Origin: Macrostomum lignano
Taxonomy: Eukaryota
Assembly (NCBI GenBank): GCA_002269645.1
Contig: NIVC01001992.1
Location: 151,217 to 215,216 of the forward strand
Length of the DNA: 64,000 nucleotides
Direction: 5' to 3'
The notes under the pieces were generated by a model that was not told the DNA's origin, did no database searches, and saw nothing but the letters and a program-made list of their open reading frames with translations. A program made the translations under genes and the position numbers. Below, piece after piece: positions 46,965 through 61,877 of the stretch (positions within the stretch are counted from its first letter, which is position 1; each line of letters begins with the position of its first letter).

Positions 46965-48529
46965 GTCGGCTTCGGCGGCGCCGGCTGGACCGGAGAGCTG
47001 GCGCTAGGCGCGGGGCTCCCCGCCGCGAGCTGGCCAAGGATTCGCTCTAATCCGGAGGTGGACGCTGGGAGTGGCGCGAAGAGCAGGAATTCGCTTCGGT
47101 CGCTGCGGTAGAAGTAAATTCGCTTGAGCCACTTTTACGATTGCTTGGCCTCGGCGCGTCTTTTTTGAATCTGCGACTCAGCGGGTCAGTGTGCTCTCCT
47201 GTTCTGGCGCCTTGAGAAACTTACTGGGGCTCTCGCGTGGAGAGAAACTTGCCGCTTTCTACGAGGGCAACCCTACGAGAGGAGAGCTGCAGCGGGGCGG
47301 AGTGCTGGGAAGAAAGGGGCGGGGAGAGGGGAGATTTGGAGAAGGGGTTGAGAAAGGCCGGCGGAGGAGGAGGGGAGGTGAGCGAGAGAAGAGAGCTAGC
47401 CGAGATGAAGCGCCTCAGTCGCAGTTCCCATGAGGCGGTGAAGAACTTGGGGGCGCCCGTATTGATCGGGGCGGACTCCGTCGGCGGCCCAGCCTCCCGG
47501 CAGCCTCATCGTTGAGCGTACTCTCACGGCGACCAGCCCGTGATTCGCTCACCTCCCGCCTGTCCCAGCAGCATAGATGAAGCAGAATGGGTACGGGGAT
47601 GGAGGTTGGCAGCCTGGGGTTGCACTGGCGCCGCGGCAGGAAAAGTACTCAGTAAGGCCAGTGTAATGAGCAGAGGAGGTCGGCGGGGGACGAGGAGGAG
47701 GAGGCTGAGGAGGATGAGGAGGATGAGGAGAAAGAATGATGAAGAGAGCTCAAAAGAGTTTTGCTTGGACGGCTGTGAGAATGGTGTGTGCGAGAGAGAC
47801 TGGGCGAGATAAGGGGTTGGGGGGGGGGAGAAATAGATTCAGATTGAGCTCCCACTCCCTCAGCCTCCCCCGGCCTAAGTGGGCAAAGGAGAGATGGAGT
47901 TTTCCAGCCTAGATTGAAAGGAGCGGACAGTTGCTGGGCACAGATGGGGAGGCTGCGTGCGTGCTTATGCTTGGAGATAGCTGAGAAAGTTTTGCAATGA
48001 ACCCTGGCTTGAATTCATACGGACAGCGAAGGAATGTATATGAATACAGTGTTTGCTGCCCCCCCCCCCACAACTCCAGATATCATTCTCTCGAGGAGAC
48101 TGTGGCTGTTCTTCATCATCATTGGGCCGGGTTAATAATTCATCGAGTGCCGCCTGTCTGGCAGGTTGCCTGGCTCCTGAGGAAGCCAGAAGGATAAAAC
48201 CCGATGGGGTGAGGGAGATCAGAGAGCTCTTGATTGGATAGTTATATTGGAGTCATGGCTTCGCAGGCCTAATAATGTTGTACTTATCATGCTGTCTCTC
48301 TTTCACTTGCTCTCATTACTTACTTTTTATGCCTCGTTCACTTCCGCAACAATGTAACGATATATACCGATTTTTTTCGGCAGCAATTGCGTAAGCTGAA
48401 GCCGCGTAGCAATATTTTCTGGTGGGGTGGCGGGTAAGGGATGTTGACAGCTCCACCACAGCTTCATTATCTGTACAATTCAAGTCTATCGCATCACTGT
48501 GCTGAACTCAGACACACTACCTCAGCGTG

Positions 48530-49220
48530 AGGGAGATGAAGGCTTTGGAATGTAGAGGAAGGGAGATGAAGGGTTAGGAATGTAGAGGAAGGGAGATGAA
48601 GGGTTTAGAAATGTAGAGGAAGGGAGAGGAAGGGTTTAGGAATGTAGAGGAAGGGAGATGAATGGTTATGAATGTAGAGGAAGGGAGAGGAAGGGTTTAG
48701 AAATGTAGAGGAAGGGAGATGAAGGGTTAGGAATGTAGAGGAAGGGAGAGGAAGGGTTAGGAATGTAGAGGAAGGGAGAGGAAGGGTTAGGAATGTAGAG
48801 GATGAAGGGTTAGGAATGTAGAGGAAGGGAGAGGAAGGGTTAGGAATGTAGAGGAAGGGAGATGAAGGGTTTAGAAATGTAGAGGAAGGGAGAGGAAGGG
48901 TTTAGAAATGTAGAGGAAGGGAGATGAAGGGTTAGGAATGTAGAGGAAGGGAGAGGAAGGGTTTAGAAATGTAGAGGAAGGGAGAGGAAGGGTTAGGAAT
49001 GTAGAGGAAGGGAGAAGAAGGGTTAGGAATGTAGAGGAAGGGAGAGGAAGGGTTAGGAATGTAGAGGATGAAGGGTTAGGAATGTAGAGGAAGGGAGAGG
49101 AAGGGTTAGGAATGTAGAGGAAGGGAGAGGAAGGGTTAGGAATGTAGAGGATGAAGGGTTAGGAATGTAGAGGAAGGGAGAGGAAGGGTTAGGAATGTAG
49201 AGGATGAAGGGTTAGAAATG
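48530..49220. repeat. 30-bp purine-rich minisatellite (GAAGGGAGAGGAAGGGTTAGGAATGTAGAG)
   Basis: Tandem array. Confidence 0.92.
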
Positions 49221-50689
49221 TATAGGAAGCTAGAGAAGGGAGATGAAAGGCGGGTAAAGGAAAACAAATGGGACAGAAAAGCTAGCGAAGGATCATCGGG
49301 GAACATGAGGATGCATCTAGCCAGGCAAAGGGATGACGAAGGGAGAGCAGTTTGCCTTGAGCAACAAGTAGCAATGGGAGCTGAGATGCCCCAGTGCTCA
49401 GACAGAGAATAGATACCACCGACACAGCCCCGTGGATCAGCCAGTTCGACTCGATTTCCACTCGAAGCTGCGCCCCGAAAAATTTGCATTAAAGCGGCTC
49501 AGCAAGTCGCCGGTTTTGCCTGCGTCCGGCGCCGCTTGGATGCTGCGCCCCCGGCCGGGAGGAAACTTTCATCATTTTGCTGACAGCATAAATAACGCAA
49601 TTTTTATAGCTGAGCAACTTTTGCCCAGTTTCAGAAGAAACAAAACTAGTTGCTATGGTAGCAGTTGATAGTCTGCTTGGAAGCTGCTCAAACGCTATCT
49701 TGTCACGTCTCATCTCAGATCTAATATCTCAAATCTGAAACAACGATTTTGAATCTCAAGGTTCCTAAATACTATTTTTTCTTATCTCCAGTCTCTCTAA
49801 TCTTTCTAATTTAATCGTTACAAACTCTCTTATCTTTTATCTTTTAAATATCTAATCTCCTGTCTCTCTACTAGGCTCTAATCTCTGTAATATCTTATCT
49901 TTGTAATATCTAATCTCTGTAATATCTAATCTCTTAACTATTTAATACCTGTAGTATCTAATTTCTCTAATCTCCCATCTCTGTAATCTCTAATCTCCCG
50001 GATATCAAATCTCTCTAGTCTCCTATCTCTCGAATAGCTAATCTCTCAAAAACAAAGTCTGTCTAATCTCACTGCAATCTACTCTTTACCATATCAATTC
50101 GTTATAAGCTCACTTCTTTGCAAGGAATTTAATGCTTTGCACAACTTTTTACACAAGTTCACCAATACTTAATTTAAATGTTAGACATAAAAAACGATTT
50201 TATTTTCAACTACTGACAGTAGAAAAATATGAAAAAGTGACCTATTTTAATTGGACAGTCACGCAGATTCACGCAGCTAATTACAAACAGTCTATGCTGC
50301 CTTTCATCGGTGAGCTACAGTGCTCAGCGCCCAGAGACACAGTTGTCAGTCCAGAGCAATCAGACAAAGTGGCAAATCGGGGGGACGGACACTCTCTAGT
50401 CCCTGGATAGTCGCCACACACATAATTTAATGTTTCATAACCTTCACGGATGTCATGCGACCATGTGCGTGGTCACTCGGTTCGAAAACAATGGCAAAAA
50501 TCCGCAGAGAGAATCCACCGAGCCATTGTCAGCTTCAATATCCGGATACAGAAGTTTGATTTATTGCTTCGGGTACGAGTCAAAGCATGCCAAAATTTGC
50601 GATCACGTGTCCAGTGCATCACATAATCAGCTTTCAAAATGTTTTAAGTTATTTGCGCCGATTATTGCCATTCTGTTTGCCTGTCTGTG

Positions 50690-53255
50690 TCCCCACGCCC
50701 CCACAGCCCCTCGCACAGCTGCTGATCCTACCGAGACTGAGTCAATGTATGACCACCTGGGATCACTTTTCAACTCGGTCCCTGATCGCGACCTGCTTTT
50801 TGTGGCTGGAGACTTCAACGCGCCACTGTCCCCTGACGGCCGTCTAGTGAAGAACAACTGCGGCTCCACCAACACCAACTCGGACTACCTGTCAACTTTC
50901 ATTCACTCTCAAGACCTGATTGCAGCCAATGGTGTCATGCGGCAGCGGTACAACAAGCTACCCACCTTCTTCGGCCCAAATGGACGGACCACCAGGCTGG
51001 ACTGGATTTTGTGACCAACGGCAATCAGGTCTCGACTGCGCAAAGTGGTCAATATCCGCCCCAGCTGCGTGAGGTCCGACCATTCTCTGCTGGCCTGCGA
51101 CATCGACTGCCGTTGGAAAAAGTTCAAGGCTGGCCCACCGCACCCCCTCTGGGCAGATCTGAGAAACCCAGACACACTTGCAGTGCGTTCATGGAAAAAC
51201 TGCAAAATGCTACTCCGGCCCTGAATGAATCGGCGGACGCCTTCACCAGAGCTGTTGAGAAAGCTGCCTCGACCCTACCAAAACGAACACCGCACCAGCC
51301 AAAAGCCGCCTGGGACTCCGACGAGGAGATCTCCATCGCTAGGCGCGACGTGCAAAGAACAACCGCAGTCTTTGGCCAAGACAGTGAGCAGGCTGAAACA
51401 GCCCGGGCCCATCTTCGCGACACGCATGCCCGGAGGACCGAAGCCTTTGTCCAGGAGGCTGTTGCTGAGATTCAACTAGCAACAGACAACTGCCGGCACA
51501 CAGCGGCCTGGCGCGCCATCAACCGCCTGACTGGCAGGAAGCAGAGGCCCAATGCCGCTGTAGGTGCTGAGTCTATACACCATCGCAAAGCCCTGCTGGC
51601 CACTCACTATCACAATGTGCTCAACGCCTCACCACCCTCTGCTGATTTGCTACCGATCGAAAACTTTACCCCGGCCGAGCCCTCGGCTTTTAACTCCGGC
51701 CCGCTGACTGCCTACGAGGTGAACCGAGTGCTCAGAACCATGCGCCCCGACGCTGCCGCCGGAGTAGATGGCATTCCACCCAGGGTGCTCAAGCTGCCAG
51801 AGCTGACACAGGACATCACAGCTGTGCTCAACAAGCACTGTCCGCTTGGAGGCAACCCAGGTGCTACTGCTGCTGACAGCTGGCGCACCTCTAAGATCGT
51901 CTCCATCCCCAAGAAGGGCGCATCCACCAGTCTGGACAACCAACGCGGCATCGCTCTGGAATGCACTCTGGCTAAGCTGCTCAATGCTATACTGCGTAAT
52001 CGGCTGCTGCCTGGCCTCAACCAAATGATCCTGAGCCTCCAAAGTGGCTTCAGGCCCGGTCGCTCGACAACAGAGCAGATTGCAGCCCTTCGAGCAGTCG
52101 TCGAGGCCTGTAAAACTCACCAAAGAGCTGTGTCAATTGTCTTTGTGGACTTCCGCAAAGCTTTTGACTCAGTGTGCCGGCGCGCGATCGCGTGGCTGCT
52201 CGAACACTATGGCGTCCCTCCGGCTCTTATCGTTGCAGTGATGGACCTCTACAACAACAGCAAAGCCTTTGTCCAAACCAGCGATGGCCCAACTGAGGAC
52301 TTCTGCACCAGCTCTGGAGTCCTCCAAGGTGACACGTTGGCTCCACTGCTCTTCATCCTTGTCGTCGACTACGTGCTGCGCCGAAGCCTCACAGAGGAGG
52401 ACAGCTACCTGCTGGCGTCACGCCGGAGCTCCCGCCGCGGTGCTGCCCCTTTGCCCGCCCTCGCGTACGCCGACGACATCGCCCTGCTGTGCCGCAGCCC
52501 GACTGCCGCCCAGAGAGCGCTCTCGAGACTCTATGAGGAGAGCGCCCGAGTCGGACTGCAAATCAACGCACGCAAGACGGAAGTGCTGCACGTGGGCACC
52601 GATGCAGCACCAATCCTGACCCTACCAGATGGACAAGTCATTTCAGCCTGCAGAGACTTCCGGTACCTGGGCTCCTTCGTGATGAGCCCTGACTCCATCA
52701 TCGCCGACCGGAGGTCACAGGCCTGGCGCGCGGCTCATCTCCTCAGGGAGGTCTTCAGCTCAGCTGCCAACGACGACCTGAAGATGCGCCTGTTCCGCGC
52801 TGCCGTAGAGCCAATCTTCCTGTACGGACTGGAGGCAGTGCCAATGACCGACTCGAGGTCCCGAGCCCTGGACGCTGCCTACCGATCGCTGCTGCGGTTC
52901 GCCCTTGGCATCCATTACCCAGAGCGGCTGCCGACGGACCTGCTGATGGCGAGAGCCCGTGTGCCTCAGCTCAGTGCCACTCTCCAGCGGCGCCGGCTAA
53001 TGCTCGTCGGCCACTGCCTCCGCAGCTACGGCAGAGGGGAGCAAAACCCGCTGGCGCTAACCTTGCTACATCAGCCAACCGAGCGTCTCCGACGGGGCCA
53101 AGGCCGGACCGCCACGCTGACCGCCACGCTTGAGTCTGACCTTCAAGCCATTAACCTGACCCCACAATCTGCCACAAACTGTCCTTCTCGTCTCTTCTGC
53201 GAGCGCGTGCGCGCAAGACGCCCACCATAATATCTTTGCGTCCTTATATATATAT
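50690..53255 (+). mobile_element. RTE-like non-LTR retrotransposon (APE endonuclease + RT), 5'-truncated and disrupted
   Basis: EN motifs HAPT, AGDFNA, PTF...RLDWIL, SDH; in-frame TGA at 51012-51014 and a frameshift near 51185. RT motifs IPKKG, QSGFRPGRST, FVDFRKAFDSV, GVLQGDTLAPLLF, YADDI, INARKT, YLGS; stop at 53228-53230. Confidence 0.9.
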
Positions 53256-53256
53256 G

Positions 53257-54930
53257 TCTGTGTCTGTCCTAGTGTCTGTCCTAGTGTCTGTCTTAGTGTC
53301 TGTTCTAGTATCTGTCTTAGTGTCTGTCTTAGTGTGTATCCTAGTGTCTGTCTTAGTGTCTGTCCTAGTGTCTGTCTTAGTGTCTGTCTTAGTGTCTGTC
53401 CTAGTGTCTGTCCTAGTGTCTGTCTTAGTGTCTGTCCTAGTGTCTGTCTTAGTGTCTGTCTTAGTGTCTGTCTTAGTGTCTGTCTTAGTGTCTGTCTTAG
53501 TGTCTGTCTTAGTGTGTGTCCTAGTGTCTGTCTTAGTGTCTGTCTTAGTGTCTGTCTTAGTGTCTGTCTTAGTGTCTGTCCTAGTGTCTGTCCTAGTGTC
53601 TGTCCTAGTATCTGTCCTAGTGTCTGTCCTAGTATCTGTCTTAGTGTCTGTTCTAGTATCTTTCTTAGTGTCTGTCTTAGTGTGTGTCCTAGTGTCTGTC
53701 TTAGTGTCTGTCCTAGTGTCTGTCTTAGTGTCTGTCTTAGTGTCTGTCTTAGTGTCTGTCTTAGTGTCTGTCTTAGTGTCTGTCTTAGTGTCTGTCTTAG
53801 TGTGCGTCCTAGTGTCTGTCTTAGTGTCTGTCTTAGTGTCTGTCTTAGTGTCTGTCTTAGTGTCTGTCCTAGTGTCTGTCCTAGTGTCTGTCCTAGTATC
53901 TGTCCTAGTGTCTGTCCTAGTATCTGTCTTAGTGTCTGTTCTAGTATCTTTCTTAGTGTCTGTCTTAGTGTCTGTCCTAGTGTCTGTCTTAGTGTCTGTC
54001 TTAGTGTCTGTCTTAGTGTCTGTCTTAGTGTCTGTCCTAGTGTCTGTCCTAGTGTCTGTCCTAGTATCTGTCTTAGTGTCTGTCCTAGTATCTGTCTTAG
54101 TGTCTGTCTTAGTGTGTGTCCTAGTGTCTGTCTTAGTGTCTGTCCTAGTGTCTGTCTTAGTGTCTGTCTTAGTGTCTGTCTTAGTGTCTGTCCTAGTGTC
54201 TGTCTTAGTGTCTGTCTTAGTGTCTGTCCTAGTGTCTGTCTTAGTGTCTGTTCTAGTATCTTTCTTAGTGTCTGTCTTAGTGTCTGTCCTAGTGTCTGTC
54301 TTAGTGTCTGTCTTAGTGTGTGTCCTAGTGTCTGTCTTAGTGTCTGTCTTAGTGTCTGTCCTAGTGTCTGTCCTAGTGTCTGTCCTAGTATCTGTCTTAG
54401 TGTCTGTCCTAGTATCTGTCTTAGTGTCTGTCTTAGTGTGTGTCCTAGTGTCTGTCTTAGTGTCTGTCCTAGTGTCTGTCTTAGTGTCTGTCTTAGTGTC
54501 TGTCTTAGTGTCTGTCTTAGTGTCTGTCTTAGTGTCTGTCCTAGTGTCTGTCCTAGTGTCTGTCTTAGTGTCTGTCCTAGTGTCTGTCTTAGTGTCTGTC
54601 TTAGTGTCTGTCTTAGTGTCTGTCTTAGTGTCTGTCTTAGTGTCTGTCTTAGTGTGTGTCCTAGTGTCTGTCTTAGTGTCTGTCTTAGTGTCTGTCCTAG
54701 TGTCTGTCCTAGTGTCTGTCCTAGTATCTGTCTTAGTGTCTGTCCTAGTATCTGTCTTAGTGTCTGTCTTAGTGTCTGTCCTAGTGTCTGTCTTAGTGTC
54801 TGTCTTAGTGTCTGTCCTAGTGTCTGTCCTAGTGTCTGTCCTAGTATCTGTCTTAGTGTCTGTCCTAGTGTCTGTCCTAGTGTCTGTCCTAGTATCTGTC
54901 TTAGTGTCTGTCCTAGTGTCTGTCCTAGTG
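53257..54930. repeat. 12-bp satellite (GTGTCTGTC[C/T]TA), ~140 copies
   Basis: Tandem array; source of the VSVL and SVCL ORFs. Confidence 0.95.
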
Positions 54931-55318
54931 TCGTCTCAGTGTCTGTCCTCTTAGTATCTTTATAGTGTATTTATAGTGTATGCACCTTCTTCTATTTCGC
55001 AGGCTGCAGCACATGTAAATATTTATGGCTTCTAAGAAAATTATTTTCTCCGAAGCGCTGGCTGGCTTGGATCCACCGGCCCTGCTGCAGCACTCGCATT
55101 CCACGGCAATAAACTTAGTCAGTTCGAATCCATGCGCTGCTGCTACTTGCAAATTCCGGCCAGTTCAAATATAAAATTTTGCGGCCCATTTAATTCAATG
55201 TGGGACGCCCTTCAAGCATAAAAGTTCCCACGGCTGTCGAAGTGCAAAACGAAGAGGCTGCGTTCGCTTGGTGGCCAAAATGCCGTAACACAGAGAAACA
55301 CAGAACGGAGTAACGGGG

Positions 55319-56095
<777 letters not shown>

Positions 56096-56569
56096 CTACC
56101 CCAGCAATCGGGCAATCGGGGCTGCTGAACCGGACACAGTTCACAAACCCGTTCTCCCAATCAAACTGATGGAGTTGGACACGCATGCCCGCCCTGAGTC
56201 CGGCCCCGGGCTTCGCTTGCACCTTCCGCGTTGCAAGCGCCTTTATTCGATCGTGTCTTTCGAGGCGCGGGCGGTGAAATTATCGAATTTCCTTCAAATT
56301 ATTTCCCGTAGAATCCGGAAATCTGGGAACCCGGTGTCCCAGCTTCCCAGAGAACTGGCCCAACAAGGCAATCTGGAAATCGATTCCCCAGCCACTCGGC
56401 TCCCTCAGCACTGATTCAGCTGGCGTCCTGCCACATCAAATCTGCATTGCTGCTATGCCACATCAAATCTGCATTGCTGCTATGCCACATTGAATCTGCT
56501 CAAAACACGGGTACTGTGCTCTTCCATAGTGCTTACATCTGATCCTTGTTCTCTCTCTCTCTCTCTCTC

Positions 56570-57530
56570 TTGTAGGGAGATCTCTGTCTCTCTCGTATCA
56601 TAGGGAGATCTCCGTCTCTCTTATAGGGAGATCTCTGTCTCTCTCGTATCATAGGGAGATCTCTGTCTCTATCGTATCATAGGGAGATCTCTGTCTCTCT
56701 TATAGGGAGATCTCTGTCTCTCTTATAGGGAGATCTCTGTCTCTCTTATAGGGAGATCTCTGTCTCTCTTATAGGGAGATCTCTGTCTCTCTTATAGGGA
56801 GATCTCTGTCTCTCTTATAGGGAGATCTCTGTCTCTCTTATGGGGAGATCTCTATCTCTCTTATAGGGAGATCTCTATCTCTCTTATAGGGAGATCTCTA
56901 TCTCTCTTATAGGGAGATCTCTATCTCTCTTATAGGGAGATCTCTATCTCTCTTATAGGGAGATCTCTATCTCTCTTATAGGGAGATCTCCGTCTCTCTT
57001 ATAGGGAGATCTCCGTCTCTCTTATAGGGAGATCTCTGTCTCTCTTATAGGGAGATCTCTGTCTCTCTTATAGGGAGATCTCTGTCTCTCTTATAGGGAG
57101 ATCTCTGTCTCTCTTATAGGGAGATCTCTGTCTCTCTTATAGGGAGATCTCTATCTCTCTTATAGGGAGATCTCTGTCTCTCTTATAGGGAGATCTCTGT
57201 CTCTCTTATAGGGAGATCTCTATCTCTCTTATAGGGAGATCTCTGTCTCTCTTATAGGGAGATCTCTGTCTCTCTTATAGGGAGATCTCTGTCTCTCTTA
57301 TATGGAGATCTCTATCTCTCTTATAGGGAGATCTCTGTCTCTCTTATAGGGAGATCTCTGTCTCTCTTATAGGGAGATCTCTATCTCTCTTATAGGGAGA
57401 TCTCTGTCTCTCTTATAGGGAGATCTCTGTCTCTCTTATAGGGAGATCTCTGTCTCTCTCGTATCATAGGGAGATCTCTGTCTCTCTCATAGGGAGATCT
57501 CTGTCTCTCTCATAGGGAGATCTCTGTCTA
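56570..57530. repeat. 23-bp minisatellite (TAGGGAGATCTCTGTCTCTCTTA)
   Basis: Period 23; each unit carries the GAGATCTC palindrome. Confidence 0.95.
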
Positions 57531-58569
57531 TCTCCGATCTCTAAACTCTCCCATCTCTAATCTCTCCCATCTCTGCCTCCATTTCTCTTAGGGCTCCTTT
57601 GTGAGCCTGGAGTCAAATGGGTGTTAGCCATCCACCCCTCCTCGCTCTGTACTTTGTGCCGCCTTTGTGCGCCGTTTATTTATCTGCGCACCGCCCTCTG
57701 TGCCACGTCGCTCGCACTGGCTTTGCAGCTCAAAATTGGTTAATAACCTCTTCCATCTCTAAAATCTCCCATTCTAATCTCTTCCATCTCAAAAATCTCC
57801 CATTCTTATCTCTTCCATCTCTAATCTTTCCCATTCCAATCTCTTTCATGTCTAATCTCTACCATCTCTAATCTCTCTCATCTCTAAATTCTCCCATCTC
57901 TAAACTATCCCATCTCTAAACTCTCCCATTCTAGTCTCTCCCATCTCTAAACTCTCCCATTCTAATCTCTCTTATCTCTAGTCTCTCTCATCTCTAATCT
58001 CTCCCATCTCTAATCTCTCCCATCTCTAATCTCTCCCATCTCTAATCTCACCTATGTCTAATCTCTCCTATGTTTCGAATTCCCTATCTCTAATTTCTCC
58101 CACCTTCTTAAGTCTTCTCCTATTTTTAAGTTCAATTCTTTTTTCTCTCTAACATTAATGTTATCAATGCTCTCGAATCTCGAATCTCCTCCTCTCTCCT
58201 CTATCCCCACATCTTTACCATGCCCACCACCTTCAATTACTTTCATCTCTACGATCCCGTCCGATTCTCCGATGGAGCTAGTAAAAAACGGTAGAAATGG
58301 ATTGGTCAATAAAGAATTGAGCAGCCTGTAATCCCCAGAGGCGATAAACAATCTCGTAGCCACATCAGATCGCAAAAAATATTTTCTGACGAATTGGAAA
58401 TTAAACTCGAGACTAAATATTCCCTTCGCATTAAAATTCGAGTGTGAAAGTCAATCTGTTTGCTACTGGCTTCATCTAATCGGGCATCAGAATCGCGCCT
58501 CGGACAGCATCTTCTTCATCTCGAGCCGCAGTGAGGCAGAAGCCAATTTTATGCCAAAGGTGAGATTTT

Positions 58570-58860
58570 AGCACCTATTTGGCGCCAATAAAGCGCTAAT
58601 TTAGCGCCAATTTAGCATCAATTTAGCGCCAATTTAGCGCCAATTTAGCACTAATTCAGCGCCAATTTAGCACCAATTCAGCGACGAATTTGCGCAAATT
58701 TAACGCCGATTTTTCGTCGATTTTAGCCAATTTAGCCAATTTAGCCAATGTAGCCAGACGTGAGACTTTAGCGCCAATTTAGCGCCCAGTTAGCACCAGT
58801 TTACCATCGAAAAAGAGATTTTAGCGCCGATATAGCGCCTAAGGCGAGATTTAACCGCCA
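58570..58860. repeat. Degenerate ~11-bp repeats (TTAGCGCCAAT)
   Basis: Direct; related to the 31-bp array downstream. Confidence 0.75.
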
Positions 58861-59244
58861 AACGAGAGGCAAAAAATAAGATAAAATTTCTGTTTTTGAA
58901 TTTGTGTTCCTACTACTATTAACTAATTTATTGAGAAATACGCTCGTAATTGTAAAAATTAAAATCCTAAATTCTGTGCCGCCTGACTCCAGCCGCCCCT
59001 CCCTCTTGGCTAAGCCACCACAGTGAGGCTCCAAGCAGTTTGCCTTCCTTTTAGTTAAAGTGAAAAATGAAAATGAATTAAATAGATGAAGCTGCCAGTT
59101 GCTAGTTGCCACTGATTCTTATCAGCCCTTTTAAAATCCGATTTCATAACTACAGGGTAAGGTTGCACCGGCTGACAAATGCACAGTTTTATTCGAGTGG
59201 CCGGGTGGAAAACCTTCTAACAGCAAACTTCTTCTGAGCGCCGA

Positions 59245-60320
59245 GATTTTAGCGCCAATCTAGCGCCTCAGCCAAGATTTTAGCGCCAATCTAGCGCCTC
59301 AGCCAAGATTTTAGCGCCAATCTAGCGCCTCAGCCAAGATTTTAGCGCCAATCTAGCGCCTCAGCCAAGATTTTAGCGCCAATCTAGCGCCTCAGCCAAG
59401 ATTTTAGCGCCAATCTAGCGCCTCAGCCAAGATTTTAGCGCCAATCTAGCGCCTCAGCCAAGATTTTAGCGCCAATCTAGCGCCTCAGCCAAGATTTTAG
59501 CGCCAATCTAGCGCCTCAGCCAAGATTTTAGCGCCAATCTAGCGCCTCAGCCAAGATTTTAGCGCCAATCTAGCGCCTCAGCCAAGATTTTAGCGCCAAT
59601 CTAGTGACTCAGCCAAGATTTTAGCGCCAATCTAGCGCGTGAGCCAAGATTTTAGCGCCAATCTAGCGCGTGAGCCAAGATTTTAGCGCCAATTTAGCGC
59701 CTCAGCCAAGATTTTAGCGCCAATTTAGCGCTCAGCTAAGATTTTAGCGCCAATTTAGCGCCTCAGCCAAGATTTTAGAGCCAATTTAGCGCCTAAGCCA
59801 AGATTTTAGCGCCAATTTAGCGCCTCAGCCAAGATTTTAGCGCCAATCTAGTGACTCAGCCAAGATTTTAGCGCCAATCTAGCGCGTGAGCCAAGATTTT
59901 AGCGCCAATTTAGCGCCTCAGCCAAGATTTTAGCGCCAATCTAGTGACTCAGCCAAGATTTTAGCGCCAATCTAGCGCGTGAGCCAAGATTTTAGCGCCA
60001 ATTTAGCGCCTCAGCCAAGATTTTAGCGCCAATCTAGTGACTCAGCCAAGATTTTAGCGCCAATCTAGCGCGTGAGCCAAGATTTTAGCGCCAATTTAGC
60101 GCCTCAGCCAAGATTTTAGCGCCAATCTAGTGACTCAGCCAAGATTTTAGCGCCAATCTAGCGCGTGAGCCAAGATTTTAGCGCCAATTTAGCGCCTCAG
60201 CCAAGATTTTAGCGCCAATCTAGTGACTCAGCCAAGATTTTAGCGCCAATCTAGCGCGTGAGCCAAGATTTTAGCGCCAATCTAGCGCCTCAGCCAAGAT
60301 TTTAGCGCCAATCTAGCGTC
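59245..60320. repeat. 31-bp satellite (GATTTTAGCGCCAATCTAGCGCCTCAGCCAA) with a 93-bp higher-order segment
   Basis: Period 31; three variants cycle from ~59820. Confidence 0.95.
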
Positions 60321-60886
60321 GAAAGCAAGATCTTTTTGAACAGAGAATCAGCCCACAGCTGTTTGAATATGAGTAATTTGGGGGAAGAGTTGCTGCTTCA
60401 GGCTCTGCTTCTGGGTCTCACTGGCAACACGCTGGGGAAACTCCGGCAACGGAGAAGAAATGAAAATCCCTTCGGGACGAAGCCGAAGCCGGCCCAGCGG
60501 ATCCGATCAACCCTTCCTCTTCCAATTAGGGATTTCGACTCGGTCGCAAATGGGGATAAATCAAGGGGGATCGCGCCTTCGTTCCCCCTTACTGTGCGAT
60601 CTGTGAAGGGAAAAACACAGCAGCCCCTGCCAATCCTTTAGACTCGGGTGAGCACTTCTGCCACTTGCACTCTGTCTACTCGCTCACTGCTGCCAACGCA
60701 CCTCACGCCCTTCTCAATCCTTCTGCGCCCGGTTTCCTCTCGGGTTCTTTCCGTCTTCCTTTCTCTTTCTCTCTGTCGAAACTCCCAATTAAAGATGGCT
60801 TGTTGAGAGCCCTTGCGAGCGAATTTACGGCCGCTTTGTGACATTTCCGTTCTCTAGCTTCTCTGACTGACTTTCTAGGCGTCGGC

Positions 60887-61710
<824 letters not shown>

Positions 61711-61877
61711 GCTGAGTTTATCCGTCTCCTTTTTCACGTCGCCGTATCTAATTTACTGTATGACAGTGTCAAAAATGCACTCCCCAGCAGTTTCGCGGCC
61801 GCATTGGAGGGCTCGCTGGGCGGCCAATCCCGCAAGACGACCCTGCCTGGCCGTGTGCAGTGCGGCCTATAAAACCG

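Noticed and set aside
47190-48250. Short ORFs and acidic-looking GAG repeats upstream of the stonin locus
   Set aside because: No recognisable domain; more likely 5' UTR or promoter sequence.
53236-54965. 572-aa poly-VSVL 'membrane protein' and 543-aa SVCL ORF
   Set aside because: Translations of a 12-bp satellite.
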